From: an uncultured Candidatus Binatia bacterium
GTDB lineage: Bacteria; Desulfobacterota; Binatia; Bin18
Assembly (NCBI GenBank): GCA_965214605.1
Contig: OZ243961.1
Location: 1,824,001-1,888,000 of the forward strand
DNA: 64,000 nt
Direction: 5' to 3'
Part shown: one piece after another, positions 28,077 to 38,139 of the stretch
Layout of the letters: every line of letters begins with the position of its first letter
Position numbering within the stretch: the stretch's first letter is position 1
Position numbers and translations under genes: made by a program
The notes under the pieces: generated by a model
What the model was told of the DNA's origin: nothing
The model's input: only the letters and a program-made list of their open reading frames with translations
Database searches by the model: none

Positions 28077-28763
28077 ATGGCTGAAACGCGTATCTATTTT
28101 AAGCAGATCGAAATTGGACCGATGCAAAACTTCTCCTATATTATTGGCGATCCACAGACCCGGGAGGCGCTAGTGATTGACGCGGCGTGGGACATTCCGG
28201 CTCTGGTCGATGTTGCCCAACAGGACGGCTATACGATCGGCAAAGCCCTGGTCACCCACTATCATCAGGACCATCTGGGCGGCGAGTTTTCCGGCCACCA
28301 TATTCAAGGGGCGGCCGAGCTGCTGGAGCAGGTCAAGGCCAAAGTGTATATTCATAAGGCGGAGGCCGAGTTCCTGCACCGGATCGCTGGGCTGTCTGAC
28401 TCGGACCTGGTCAAGGTGGAGGGCGGCGATACCACCCTCGTCGGCAACATAGAGGTGAAGTTCCTTCACACCCCAGGCCACACTCCTGGCTCACAGTGTT
28501 TTTTGATTGGCCACAGTCTGGTGGCCGGGGATACCTTGTTTATTAACTCGTGCGGTCGGATTGATCTGCCCGGCAGCAGCCCAGAAGACATGTACTACAG
28601 CTTGCGGACGCTGTCGAAACTTGTCGACGAGACCAGGCTGTTTCCCGGCCACAACTATAGCGGTCAGCCGTCTGACACGCTGGGCAACCAGAAAAAGCAC
28701 AATATGTATCTGCACCTCACCACCCGCAGCCTTCAGGAATTTCTGTCCACCATGGGATATTGA
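28077..28763 (+). CDS. MBL-fold hydrolase (glyoxalase II-like)
   Basis: THYHQDH, TPGHTPGS, GDTLF, PGHNY. Confidence 0.9.
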   Translation: MAETRIYFKQIEIGPMQNFSYIIGDPQTREALVIDAAWDIPALVDVAQQDGYTIGKALVTHYHQDHLGGEFSGHHIQGAAELLEQVKAKVYIHKAEAEFLHRIAGLSDSDLVKVEGGDTTLVGNIEVKFLHTPGHTPGSQCFLIGHSLVAGDTLFINSCGRIDLPGSSPEDMYYSLRTLSKLVDETRLFPGHNYSGQPSDTLGNQKKHNMYLHLTTRSLQEFLSTMGY

Positions 28764-28765
28764 GC

Positions 28766-29824
28766 ATGTCGGTCCACAAGAAACGCGGGAATTTTCTCGA
28801 AGACTTCCAGGCTGGACAACACTTTCGCCATAAGGTTGGTAAGACGCTCACCGAGGGCTTGTTTAACGCCTTCACCGAGTTTGGTATGACCACCAACCCC
28901 CTGTCCAAAAATCTGCGCTACGCTCAACGCTACGGCTATCGCGGCTTGGTCGCTCCGCCAGGTTTGGTCATGAACATTGTCTTCAGCCAGAGCGTTGAGG
29001 ATATTTCCGAGAACGCTCGGGCGAATCTCGAGTATCAGAACATACGCTTTGGCGTCCCCGTCTATATTGGTGATACGATTGAGGTAGAGACCCGCATCAT
29101 CGGCCTCAACCCCTCCTCGCGTGACCCGGACCGTGGGGTTGTTCACGTGCAAACCACCGGCCGCAATCAACACGATGCAGTCGTACTGACCCTGCGGCGC
29201 AAGGTTCAGGTCTGGAAAGACAAAAGCGACGCTCCGGTCAAGGCCGGTGAAATGGCAGCTATTCCCGAAATTCGGTGCGAACTCGACGTGCCGGCCTATG
29301 ACACGGGTCGGGATTATCCCAGCCTGGCGTATCTGAGCAATGCCGATACCTATTTTGAAGATCTGGCTCCCGGTCAGACCATTGAGCACTCCCGCGGCCG
29401 GACCGTAACCGCCAGCCACATGGAACTCACCGCCATGCTCGACAACACCTCTCAGGTCCACACCAATCAGTCCCTGATCGACCAAAATCCGACCAAATAT
29501 ATCGGTGGACAGCTGATCGTGTACGGCGGCCTGGTGTTTAATCTGTGTTTGGGTCTGTCCTGCCCGGATGTGGGTGACAATGCCGTTGGCGATATCGTCT
29601 ATGTCACCGGTCGTCACACTGGCCCGGTTTTTGTCGGCGATACAGTTTTTGCCTCTACCGAGATCAGCGGCCAGCGTGACTATCCCGGCCGGCCCGACCT
29701 AGGTATTGTGACAACGCTTCTACGCGGCCATAAGTTCGTGGAAAAAGACAGCAGCTGGGATCGGCACGAAGTATTCTACCTAGAGCGCGAGATGGCGGTC
29801 AAACGGCGCAGCCATTACGCCTGA
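28766..29824 (+). CDS. Double MaoC hot-dog dehydratase, mesaconyl-CoA hydratase (Mch)-like
   Basis: GNFLEDF..GQ and YFEDL..GQ.IEH repeats; SENARANL; HTN...IVYGG; H..PVF.GDT. Confidence 0.75.
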   Translation: MSVHKKRGNFLEDFQAGQHFRHKVGKTLTEGLFNAFTEFGMTTNPLSKNLRYAQRYGYRGLVAPPGLVMNIVFSQSVEDISENARANLEYQNIRFGVPVYIGDTIEVETRIIGLNPSSRDPDRGVVHVQTTGRNQHDAVVLTLRRKVQVWKDKSDAPVKAGEMAAIPEIRCELDVPAYDTGRDYPSLAYLSNADTYFEDLAPGQTIEHSRGRTVTASHMELTAMLDNTSQVHTNQSLIDQNPTKYIGGQLIVYGGLVFNLCLGLSCPDVGDNAVGDIVYVTGRHTGPVFVGDTVFASTEISGQRDYPGRPDLGIVTTLLRGHKFVEKDSSWDRHEVFYLEREMAVKRRSHYA

Positions 29825-29859
29825 AGGAGACGCCAAAACCCGAGGCTCCCCCCATAGAC

Positions 29860-30100
29860 CGTACCGGCACCTCCTACAGACCGGGGAAGGTGTTGCCGTT
29901 GCTGGTGTGACGGCCCCGTCCCGCTGGCAACGATCGGCGGCGGCTCTTTGTCAAACCGATTGTTGAAGCCAACGCAGATTCTGGGGCGCCCGTTGTAGCT
30001 CCAGATCGCCACCAAGGCACAATACGGCATCGGTATTGATCTGACGGCCAGGTCTCCGTAGCCACTGATGTCGCGTTGCTGAAGACTCGACCGCAGCTCT
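29860..30100 (-). pseudogene. 3' remnant of a TonB-dependent receptor
   Basis: GFNNRFDKEPPPIV...SNGNTFPGL* resembles the TBDR C-terminal NLFD.PP...NTYP..YD box. It is split across frames. Confidence 0.5.
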
Positions 30101-31088
30101 CAAGGCGTCGGCTCAAGTCAGGCACAGGTTATTGCGAATCTTCGGGATCGGCGAGCCACAGGGGGGTGCGCCCTACTTGCCGGCACAGCCGACCTTGCGC
30201 GTCCCACGTAACTCCTGCCGGTCCTCAGATGGAGGTTCGGCTGCCATAGAGATAGTTGTGATGAAGAGCCAGCGAGTGAGTGACGTGGTCGGACTAGAGC
30301 GATCACGCACTCCTCAAAGCTGCCCCCTGCGGCGGTCCTACCGCTTGTGATAGAATCGCCGCAGGGGTTAGTGTTCATAGCGCATACACTAAAGCTCTGC
30401 GGCAGGAACTTTTCGTGCACATTTTCAGTCCGCGAACCACCCGCTGGAAGCTGATCCACAGCCTGATATCGGGCGTGCCCGCCTGGCCGGCGCGGCCGCC
30501 ATGGGTGCAGATCGCCCAGAATCTGGCTGATATCCTCGGTACTCCGAGATGAGCAGGTTGGTATGCGAATAGCGGTCGCATCAGCACCAGAGGGCACGAC
30601 AACCTCATGTGGTAGAGGTCCAGGGTGGTGCTTCCGCCGGCCTGACCGGCGGTGAACACCGAGAAAGCGGATCACCTCTTCCAGTCAGACGATTCCTGGT
30701 GCATCACTTCATCGGCGTCAATGCCGACAAGCGGGCTGGTATCGACCTGAGTCGGCAGTCTGCTGGAGACGCACGACCAAGGCTTCTCCACTTGCCGCTG
30801 CTCTTCGCCGGCCCCGTGTTCGGTTTTCGACTCCTTGGCGTCTGCCAGCGCTGTTGCAAGAGCTGACAATTTGGTCCTACATACGGGATAAGCTTTTTTC
30901 AACATAGGTCTTCCTTACCTGGTGACAAACAGTGTCAAGAGCCCTCAGAGGGCTTTAGTAAACAGAGAGCAGTCTGGAAAACTCGGGGAAAGGGCCGCTC
31001 AGTCTCGTAGCCCTTTCTTTTTCCAACCCGAGAATGCTAGACGAAGAGAGTAGTCTGTACTCACCCGAACACAAAGGAGGGAAGATTC

Positions 31089-31574
31089 ATGGCAGAAGAT
31101 CTCGAAGCCCGCATCCAAGCGCTGGAAGCCCAGGTGCGGATATTGCAGGACCGCGAAGCGGTTCGGGGGCTGCGCCATCGCTATCACGAGTGCATCAACG
31201 AAGGGAAGCTGGCCGAGATTCCCTCCCTGTTTACCGAAGATGGCGATCTGGATTTCGGCTATCTGGGCAAAGCGCGGGGCCAGGAGGAACTCACCCGGTT
31301 CTTTAGCGGCGTCTCACAGCTCTTGTCGTTTGTCAAGCAGTTTATCCACAACCATGCCGTTGAGCTTGAAGGGGACGCCGGTACCGGGTTGAGCTACCTT
31401 GAAGCCAAGACTATTTCCAAAGGTGAGCCCTACCTGGTAGCCGCCCGTTATAGTGACGAGTACGCCAAGGAGAACGGCCAGTGGAAGTTCAAAAAGATGC
31501 ATCTGACTCCCTATTTTACTGTGCCACTGAAAGAGGGATGGGCACAGGAAGATCGGCTCAAAATGGGGCGTTAG
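31089..31574 (+). CDS. SnoaL-like/NTF2 family protein
   Basis: LQDREAVRGLRHRY...LFTEDG...HNH...YSDEY....GQWKF; AGGAGG RBS. Confidence 0.88.
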   Translation: MAEDLEARIQALEAQVRILQDREAVRGLRHRYHECINEGKLAEIPSLFTEDGDLDFGYLGKARGQEELTRFFSGVSQLLSFVKQFIHNHAVELEGDAGTGLSYLEAKTISKGEPYLVAARYSDEYAKENGQWKFKKMHLTPYFTVPLKEGWAQEDRLKMGR

Positions 31575-31599
31575 GCAAACGCTCTCAATGAGGAGGAAA

Positions 31600-32310
31600 A
31601 TGCTGGCCTCTAACAACTGAACCTTGATCAGGTTGCCATAGCGGCCACCGGCTCTCAGGGCCCGGAAGGCGTGGCTATCGACCGCCAGGACAATGTCTAC
31701 GCGGGCGGGGCAGACGGAGCTATTCGTCAGTTCGCTCTGGACAGCACGGTGACTGAGCAGGACAGCCGTCCTGTGGGCATAGCCCTGGATCGCAACGGCA
31801 ATCTGTTCATGAGTGCTCCCAGACGGGACAGTCAACCTGTTTACCGATCAGGTCGGCAGCGTAAAACTGGCCCGGCCGAACTTTCCGGTCTTTGACGCCA
31901 AGGGGAATCTATGCATCGCAAACTCCAGCGCCATCAGGATTAGCGATTTTGACAGGGTGACGGTCAAGCTGCACAATCCGTTCCCCACAGGCAGCTTGGT
32001 CCGCGGCACGGACAGCCGCCGCTAAGAGGCCCCCACCGGTACGGCCATGCCCAAAGAAGAGCGGGGCCATGTATTGCAGTCCAGCCGGAATACCTATCAC
32101 TAGAGGGCAGGTAACCCTGCACCCAGAGACAGTAGCCACGGTAAACTCAAGGGGTGCGGCGATAACCTGTACGGGCTGTCCGACGGCATGGCGTCTGATA
32201 CCGAGAGCTATCTGAGCGCCACCCCGCCGACGATCAATCGGCAGGGTGCAGTCAATCCTAACGGCGCGGTCTTGACCCAGATCGACGATCCGAACGGCAC
32301 CACAACCAGG
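31600..32310 (+). pseudogene. SMP-30/gluconolactonase pseudogene
   Basis: Fragments PEGVAID..NVYAGG, PVGIALD, DQVG..KL.RPNF..FD.KGNL, LSDGMA, IDDPNG in several frames, collinear with the intact paralog at 34168. Confidence 0.8.
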
Positions 32311-32561
32311 GGCCTTTGGGAAGCCAGACCTTGGCGACGATATCGCCCACCTCGAAGCCAACCATGTTGTCAAGGTCCATCTCAGCCGCAAAGGTCGTCT
32401 GCTGTACGATCGGCGCCGCGTATAAGAGTGCCGCAGAGTTGAGTAGGGTGCTCAGGGTCAAAATCCCGGCAACATTAATCCGAACGAGGCCACAGGGCCC
32501 TTTCCTGGGCTCTCAACAGCTGAGCGAGCCACGCCTTCTGCGGGCAGCACGGTCCGACCTC

Positions 32562-33182
32562 CTAGAGGTCCTTGACCGATTCCTCAATCATATGATCGAG
32601 CTGTTCTGCCTCCTCTTTGACGAGCTTTGTCCGCTGAGCCAGAATCGTTCCCCACGAATCGCCCTGGTATTTATGAAACCGCCCGGTGTTCCACAGCTCG
32701 GCGCGCTTAAACGATTTGGGGCAGTGGAAGTAACACTCCTCAACCTCGACCTTGATCGCGAGCTGAGCCGGGCGGCCCCGCGCGCTGAGTTTTTCCATGA
32801 GGGACGAATCATCAACAATGCTGGCCCGGCCGTTGATACGCATGGTCCACTCTTCGCCCGGAATGAGGAACAGCAGGCCGACGTGCGGGTTGGACAGAAT
32901 GTTGCCAATACTCTGAAACATTTTATTCCCGGCGCGGTCGGGTAGATACACGGTGTGCTTATCGGCGACGTGTATGAAGCCCGGCGGGTCGCCCTTGGGC
33001 GACGCATCGCAGCGTCCCTGGGCGTCGGCGGTAGACACAATGACAAACGGACACTGGGCTAAAAAGCGGGTGGCGGCTTCGTCGATATACGGCAGCTTGT
33101 GCTCGACCGCCAGTTCGTTGGGTTTACCAAAACGGGCGCTGAGGTCTTCAGGCGTGCTAGGAGCAGTTAGCTGTACCGACAT
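32562..33182 (-). CDS. Pyridoxamine 5'-phosphate oxidase-like FMN-binding protein (MSMEG_1061-like)
   Basis: DASPKGDPPGF, PDRAGN, NPHVGLLFLIPG, YFHCPKS..R..LW. Confidence 0.88.
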   Translation of the reverse strand: MSVQLTAPSTPEDLSARFGKPNELAVEHKLPYIDEAATRFLAQCPFVIVSTADAQGRCDASPKGDPPGFIHVADKHTVYLPDRAGNKMFQSIGNILSNPHVGLLFLIPGEEWTMRINGRASIVDDSSLMEKLSARGRPAQLAIKVEVEECYFHCPKSFKRAELWNTGRFHKYQGDSWGTILAQRTKLVKEEAEQLDHMIEESVKDL

Positions 33183-33360
33183 TGCTCTCTCCTTCCATGG
33201 AACACATGTGGGACGCGTTGTGTAATCGGGCACCTCACCTCCTCCTACCCCATTCATCAATCATTCGTCAAGGGAAGAGCTACCGCCGGTTTGTCCACGT
33301 CTTGACACAGCCCGGTTAGGTGTTCCATCCTACCAAGCAACATCTCAAAGGAGGGACAGT

Positions 33361-33804
33361 ATGGCTTCAACGGAGAAAATGAACACCACGGTGGCGCGTT
33401 TTGTTGACCTCAAACCGATCGACTACTCTAGCTTCATCAAAGACTATAGACCCGACGGTACCCAGGGCTATGCCTTGATCGGCAAAGCAGGCAAGACCAA
33501 ACCCCCCATCGCCGGAGACCACGGTTTCTACATGGGCATCAACAAGGTCGGTCCGGGCAAAGGTTCTCCCCTGCACAGCCATCCGAAGCCGGAGGTGTTT
33601 GTTGTCCTGGACGGTCAGTGGACCTTTTTCTGGGGTGAAGACGGCGAGAATAAGATCAATCTAGGCCCGTGGGACACTATTTCCTTTCCCGCCCGGACCA
33701 ACGAGGGTTTCCGGAATATCGGCGACACAGACGGCCACCTGCTAGTGGTGTTGAGCGGCTCTGAGGTCGGCGAGGTGACCTTCACCCAGAACAAGGCCGC
33801 CTAA
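33361..33804 (+). CDS. Cupin domain protein
   Basis: PLHSH..PEVFVVLDG, LGPWDTISFP...GFRN. TTGACA at 33302 upstream. Confidence 0.88.
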   Translation: MASTEKMNTTVARFVDLKPIDYSSFIKDYRPDGTQGYALIGKAGKTKPPIAGDHGFYMGINKVGPGKGSPLHSHPKPEVFVVLDGQWTFFWGEDGENKINLGPWDTISFPARTNEGFRNIGDTDGHLLVVLSGSEVGEVTFTQNKAA

Positions 33805-34167
33805 GCTCAAGAGCGATGTTCAAGGTCTTTGCGGTGGGCGTGCAGCTAGAGGGCCGCGGCCGACACAATCACAGCAGCCGCTGTCTATACCCAGGCGAAG
33901 CCTTTGGCCTCAGCCAGGAAACCCGACAGCTCGCCGACGACTCCCCCCAGACCGCCTTCCTGAGGGCTGACCTTTTGTGTTGCACGGCACCAACTTCGTC
34001 GTCTTTGACCACGACGAGCCGTGTTGCCTAATGGGTATCCTTCTCTCCGCCGCTGCCAAGGCCGGAGCCGAGGAGCTCAAGGCCAGCTTCCTAGGCCGGG
34101 CACTGCGTTGTCGAGAGCAACGCCGCCCCACCCAAACCAACCGACTGACACACAAGGAGGAATACCC

Positions 34168-35073
34168 GTGGCAACATTTTCGGTCGATCAGGTAGAAATT
34201 TTTGGCAAAGGCGTGTTGCAGGCCGAGGGCGTTGTCGTTGATAAAGACGGCAATGTCTACGGCGGTGGTCGCAATGGCATTATGTATAAGGTCACACAGG
34301 ACGGAACAGTTAGTGAGCTTACCACGCTGCCCGAGGGTTCGATTCCAAACGGGATCACCTTGGACCATGAGGATAATATCGTCTACTGTGACCTAGGCAA
34401 GCAGGCGGTGATGAAGGTCTCGCAGAGTGGTGAGGTCTCGCTGGTGGCCGATCAGGTTGGTGACGTCAAGTTGACCCTGCCCAATTTTGCCAGCTACGAC
34501 GGCGAGGGCAATCTCTACATCTCCAACTCCAGCACGGCCACGATTGATACCGCCCTGGCTGAGATGAAGAACCCGGCTCCCAACGGCGCCTTGGTCCGTG
34601 TCCGGCCCAATGGCCAGGGCGACGTAGTTGCTACCGGTATTTATCTGGCCAACGGCACGGCCGTCGACCCCAACGAAGACGCCGTGTATGTGCTTGAGAG
34701 TACCCGAAACGACTGTCTACGCATCCAGATCAACAAAGACGGCACGTTCGGTAAGCCCGAAGTCTACTCCAAGGGCTTCCCAGCTCTGCCGGACGGCATG
34801 GCCTTTGACACCGACCGCAATTTGTACATCACCCTCCCGGCCCGGATCGAGGACGGCGGTATGACGCCGGCGCACCAAATTATCAAGGTCGACACCGACG
34901 GCAACTGGACGATGTTGGTCGATGATCCCCAGGGCCAAAAGCTCAACTTTCCGACCAACTGCGCCTTTGGGGGCCCAGGACTCCAGACCCTGTACTTCGC
35001 CAACCTAGAGGGCGACCACTTCAGTTTTGTGCAGACCTCGATCACCGGCCATCCTTTGTACCACCAGCGCTAA
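34168..35073 (+). CDS. SMP-30/gluconolactonase/LRE family beta-propeller
   Basis: AEG, PNG, PNF, ANG, PDGMAFD, PTNCAFGG; AGGAGG RBS. Confidence 0.9.
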   Translation: MATFSVDQVEIFGKGVLQAEGVVVDKDGNVYGGGRNGIMYKVTQDGTVSELTTLPEGSIPNGITLDHEDNIVYCDLGKQAVMKVSQSGEVSLVADQVGDVKLTLPNFASYDGEGNLYISNSSTATIDTALAEMKNPAPNGALVRVRPNGQGDVVATGIYLANGTAVDPNEDAVYVLESTRNDCLRIQINKDGTFGKPEVYSKGFPALPDGMAFDTDRNLYITLPARIEDGGMTPAHQIIKVDTDGNWTMLVDDPQGQKLNFPTNCAFGGPGLQTLYFANLEGDHFSFVQTSITGHPLYHQR

Positions 35074-35087
35074 GAGAGGAGTCTACG

Positions 35088-36053
35088 ATGAAAGCTATGC
35101 GGGCCCACCAGGCCGGTGGGCCGGAGCAGCTCCGGTATGAAGACGCCCCAGAGCCTTCGCTCGGTGACGGCCAAGTCCTGGTTCGGGTCCGGGCGGCCGG
35201 GATTAACCCGGCAGATTTAGTCCGACTGTCCGGGAAATTGGCTCCGCTGCGCTTCCCGTATATCACCGGAACCGATGTGTGCGGCGAGGTCGAAGCGCTG
35301 AGCCCGGGCGTGAGAAATGTCAAGCTCGGTGATCGGGTCTTCGGCCGGGCGATCGCTGCCGGCTACGCGGAAAAGGCCTGCGTCTTGGCCCGCGAGGCGA
35401 TTCCACTACCCGACAGTCTCTCCTTCGCAGAGGGGGCGGCTATCCCGATTCCATTCTACACCGCCTACTATGCTCTGCACTATAAGGCTGGCCTCAAAGC
35501 CGGCGAGACCGTTCTGGTCACTGCGGGGGGCGGCGGTGTTGGTGTAGCCGCGATTCAGCTGGCCAAGGTGGCCGGGGCACGGGTCATCACCACGGTTGGC
35601 TCCCAGGACAAAGCCGAGCGTACCCGCGAGCTGGGGGCGGATGTGGCGATTAATTATAAACAGCAAGACTTTGCTGCTGAGGTGCTTAAACACACCGATG
35701 GCAGGGGCGTGGGCGTTATTGTTGAGAACGTGGCCTCAGACAATCTGGCTGCCGACTGTTCGGCAGTTGCCCGCAACGGTCGGATTGTACTAATTGGCAC
35801 CGGAACCGGCAAAACGGCCAACGCCACATTTGGCGTGCTAGCGGCGCTGCTCAAAGACATTACGTTTTACGGTATGAGTCTGATCAACGCTGACGACGCG
35901 ATTCCTGACATGGCGGCCGTCATAACCAAGCTGTTTGAGGCGGGCAAAGTCAAAGCCCCGGTCAGCAAGACCTATCACCTGTCTGAGGCGGCTCAGGCGC
36001 TGAACGATTTGTTGGACGCCAAGGTCTTTGGCAAGCTCGTCCTCAGACCCTAA
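35088..36053 (+). CDS. NADPH:quinone oxidoreductase (MDR family)
   Basis: GINPAD, GGGGVG..AIQLAK, GKLVL. Confidence 0.92.
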   Translation: MKAMRAHQAGGPEQLRYEDAPEPSLGDGQVLVRVRAAGINPADLVRLSGKLAPLRFPYITGTDVCGEVEALSPGVRNVKLGDRVFGRAIAAGYAEKACVLAREAIPLPDSLSFAEGAAIPIPFYTAYYALHYKAGLKAGETVLVTAGGGGVGVAAIQLAKVAGARVITTVGSQDKAERTRELGADVAINYKQQDFAAEVLKHTDGRGVGVIVENVASDNLAADCSAVARNGRIVLIGTGTGKTANATFGVLAALLKDITFYGMSLINADDAIPDMAAVITKLFEAGKVKAPVSKTYHLSEAAQALNDLLDAKVFGKLVLRP

Positions 36054-36163
36054 TTCGACCGCTCAGACAAGCAAAGAGCAGCTGCGGCACTGACATCGAG
36101 CCTTGGACCTGCACGTACGAGCAAAAGCTCAAGCTAACGGATGAGCTTTGTGGCGGTTGACGC

Positions 36164-36200
36164 CCCCGTCCATCCGGGCCTCGGGCCCGCATGGACGGGG
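36164..36200. other. Strong inverted repeat/hairpin
   Basis: CCCCGTCCAT-C-CGGGCC-TCG-GGCCCG-C-ATGGACGGGG. Confidence 0.6.
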
Positions 36201-36279
36201 TATGCTCGCAACATTTCAGTGCAGTTCAAAAGAGGTCGGCGAGATGGCGCAGGCCAGACTGCGGGTTGATTGACAATGT

Positions 36280-36800
36280 GATAGACGGCGTCGACCGCTC
36301 CCTGCCGTTGGCAGGCGACGGCTTACGGCCCATCGTCCGCAGCGAGTTGATCGGCTGCGTTGATGCCAGCAGCCGGACGGAAGATGAAGACATCGAGAGT
36401 GCCCAAGCCGGCTTGGGCTCATCGGGTCCGAGTAGAGCGGGGCTGCAAGCTTGTCATATCTGTGCCGCCCCTGAACAAAGGTCCAAGGGGAGACGAACTG
36501 CGGTCTCCCTCAGACTTGCCGGGCCTGTTTGAACACGGCGATTTTATCGCACTCAGTACCCAGACGCTGCCAACCGAAACGCTCATCGGTACGGCAGAGC
36601 TGTGGCTGATGAGGTCGAAGAGCTGCCGAGTTCATATCGCCTGGGGACAGTTGGTTGATCAGCTCACCCTGTTTTTTTGATCTGGACAGTAGCAAAGATC
36701 GCCGCCGCCGCGCTTGACGTGTCTATGGACGAGTTGAGCGGTCCGTCACTCGAAAAACTGTGACGGCTGCCCAAGGTCCCGATCTCCTTACCTCGGTCAC
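36280..36800 (+). pseudogene. D-isomer-specific 2-hydroxyacid dehydrogenase pseudogene
   Basis: Fragments GVD, LGLIGSE, DFIALSTQ..TETLIG..EL.LM, HIAWGQLVD, IAAAALDV..DE in changing frames. Confidence 0.7.
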
Positions 36801-36905
36801 TCTCGCTGTCCAACACACGCGTGGGATTGAGCTCTCTTGTCATAATTTGCGGCGCCAGGTCCAGGACCAGCCTCTGTCCAATATTCTCGACCGGGAGCGG
36901 GACGA

Positions 36906-37079
36906 TTAAGACTCTTTGGGCCCAATATCTCGGTCCCACAGGAACTTAGCAACGGGCAGGGTGGCGATGCCCAGGGCAATCTGCCATATACCAGACGACC
37001 CCTCTTGACCCATGCTTTGGTAGCCGTTCAGGATCCAGTAGCATCCAACAAAAACAAGCGCCAGTGCCGTGGCTTTCAT
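36906..37079 (-). CDS. 57-aa two-helix small membrane protein
   Basis: MKATALALVFVGCYWILNGYQSMGQEGSSGIWQIALGIATLPVAKFLWDRDIGPKES*. GAGGAG RBS 6 nt upstream. Below the ORF-track cutoff. Confidence 0.7.
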   Translation of the reverse strand: MKATALALVFVGCYWILNGYQSMGQEGSSGIWQIALGIATLPVAKFLWDRDIGPKES

Positions 37080-37157
37080 GGATGTCTCCTCATGTCTTAG
37101 TCTGGCTCTTGAGTATGACTCGGGGCCACGAGCAGGTCAGGGTGTTGCGGCGGTCGG

Positions 37158-38078
37158 TCAGGCCCCCGACTCGGCGCTGCTCGCCCGCACGAGACTCCGA
37201 TACACTATCTCAATCCACCGCTCGGCTGTAATCAAACCAGCTCCCCAGGGCTTCCATTCGTCGGAAAAACCGGCCTGTTTGATCTGCTCCAGACTCCTCT
37301 CGGCCGTAATCTGTTGGCGGACGATTTGGGTCGTTTCGACCAGCATCCGGTGATAGGCGTGCAGATCGTCTTTGTTGGAGAGGGGCCCATGGCCTGGAAT
37401 GATCTGTACGTCATCATCTAGCTGACCCAGCACCGTTGCAACATTGGCAGTGAACTGCTCAACATCGCCACCGGTGTCCAGATCGACAAATGGGAAACTC
37501 CCGGCAAAAAAATGGTCGCCTAGGTGGACAACGTTTGAGTCGGTGAAGAACACAACACTGTCCCCGTCGGTATGACCACGGGGAAAATGTACAACTCTGA
37601 TCTCCTCACCGTTGAAATGAATCGACACCGACTCGTCGAAGGTAACGACTGGCCAGGCGTCCTGGGGAGCGGCCGGGATGATGCGTCCAGACAGGTTCTG
37701 CTCGGTCATCAGTCGTTTGCGGACGTTAGTATGGGCGATAATCGGAGCTTGCTTTCCAAATACGGGATTGCTGCCGGTATGATCGCCATGCCAGTGGGTG
37801 TTCAAAATGAATTTGAGTGGTCCGCTGCCCAACTCGCTCAGCGCAGCCTGGATCTTGGCTGCCAAGGGCGCAAACTGGTCGTCAACCATAAGAATCCCAT
37901 CGCTCCCGATCGATACTCCGATATTCCCGGCTGACGCGCTGGCCGTCAGCATGTGGATGGGGCCGCGTAGGGCAGTGGCCGAGATCTCGACGCCGCTAAA
38001 ATCCTGCTGAGCCAGACTTGCCCCGGCGCCGAGCAGAACCATCCCAAGCCAGGTTATCATAGGGACACATCGTTTCAT
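37158..38078 (-). CDS. Secreted MBL-fold hydrolase (cyclase-like)
   Basis: Signal peptide ending ASLA; NTHWHGDHTG, GHTDGD, GD, PGHG. Confidence 0.9.
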   Translation of the reverse strand: MKRCVPMITWLGMVLLGAGASLAQQDFSGVEISATALRGPIHMLTASASAGNIGVSIGSDGILMVDDQFAPLAAKIQAALSELGSGPLKFILNTHWHGDHTGSNPVFGKQAPIIAHTNVRKRLMTEQNLSGRIIPAAPQDAWPVVTFDESVSIHFNGEEIRVVHFPRGHTDGDSVVFFTDSNVVHLGDHFFAGSFPFVDLDTGGDVEQFTANVATVLGQLDDDVQIIPGHGPLSNKDDLHAYHRMLVETTQIVRQQITAERSLEQIKQAGFSDEWKPWGAGLITAERWIEIVYRSLVRASSAESGA

Positions 38079-38139
38079 GGCTCCCTCCCTTCGTGACCTT
38101 GACCACGTCTCAGCCTGGCTCAGGCTGTTCACCGGGACC

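Noticed and set aside
30120-30990. Short ORFs and a possible IS relic
   Set aside because: No recognisable motif or terminal repeat; probably decayed DNA.
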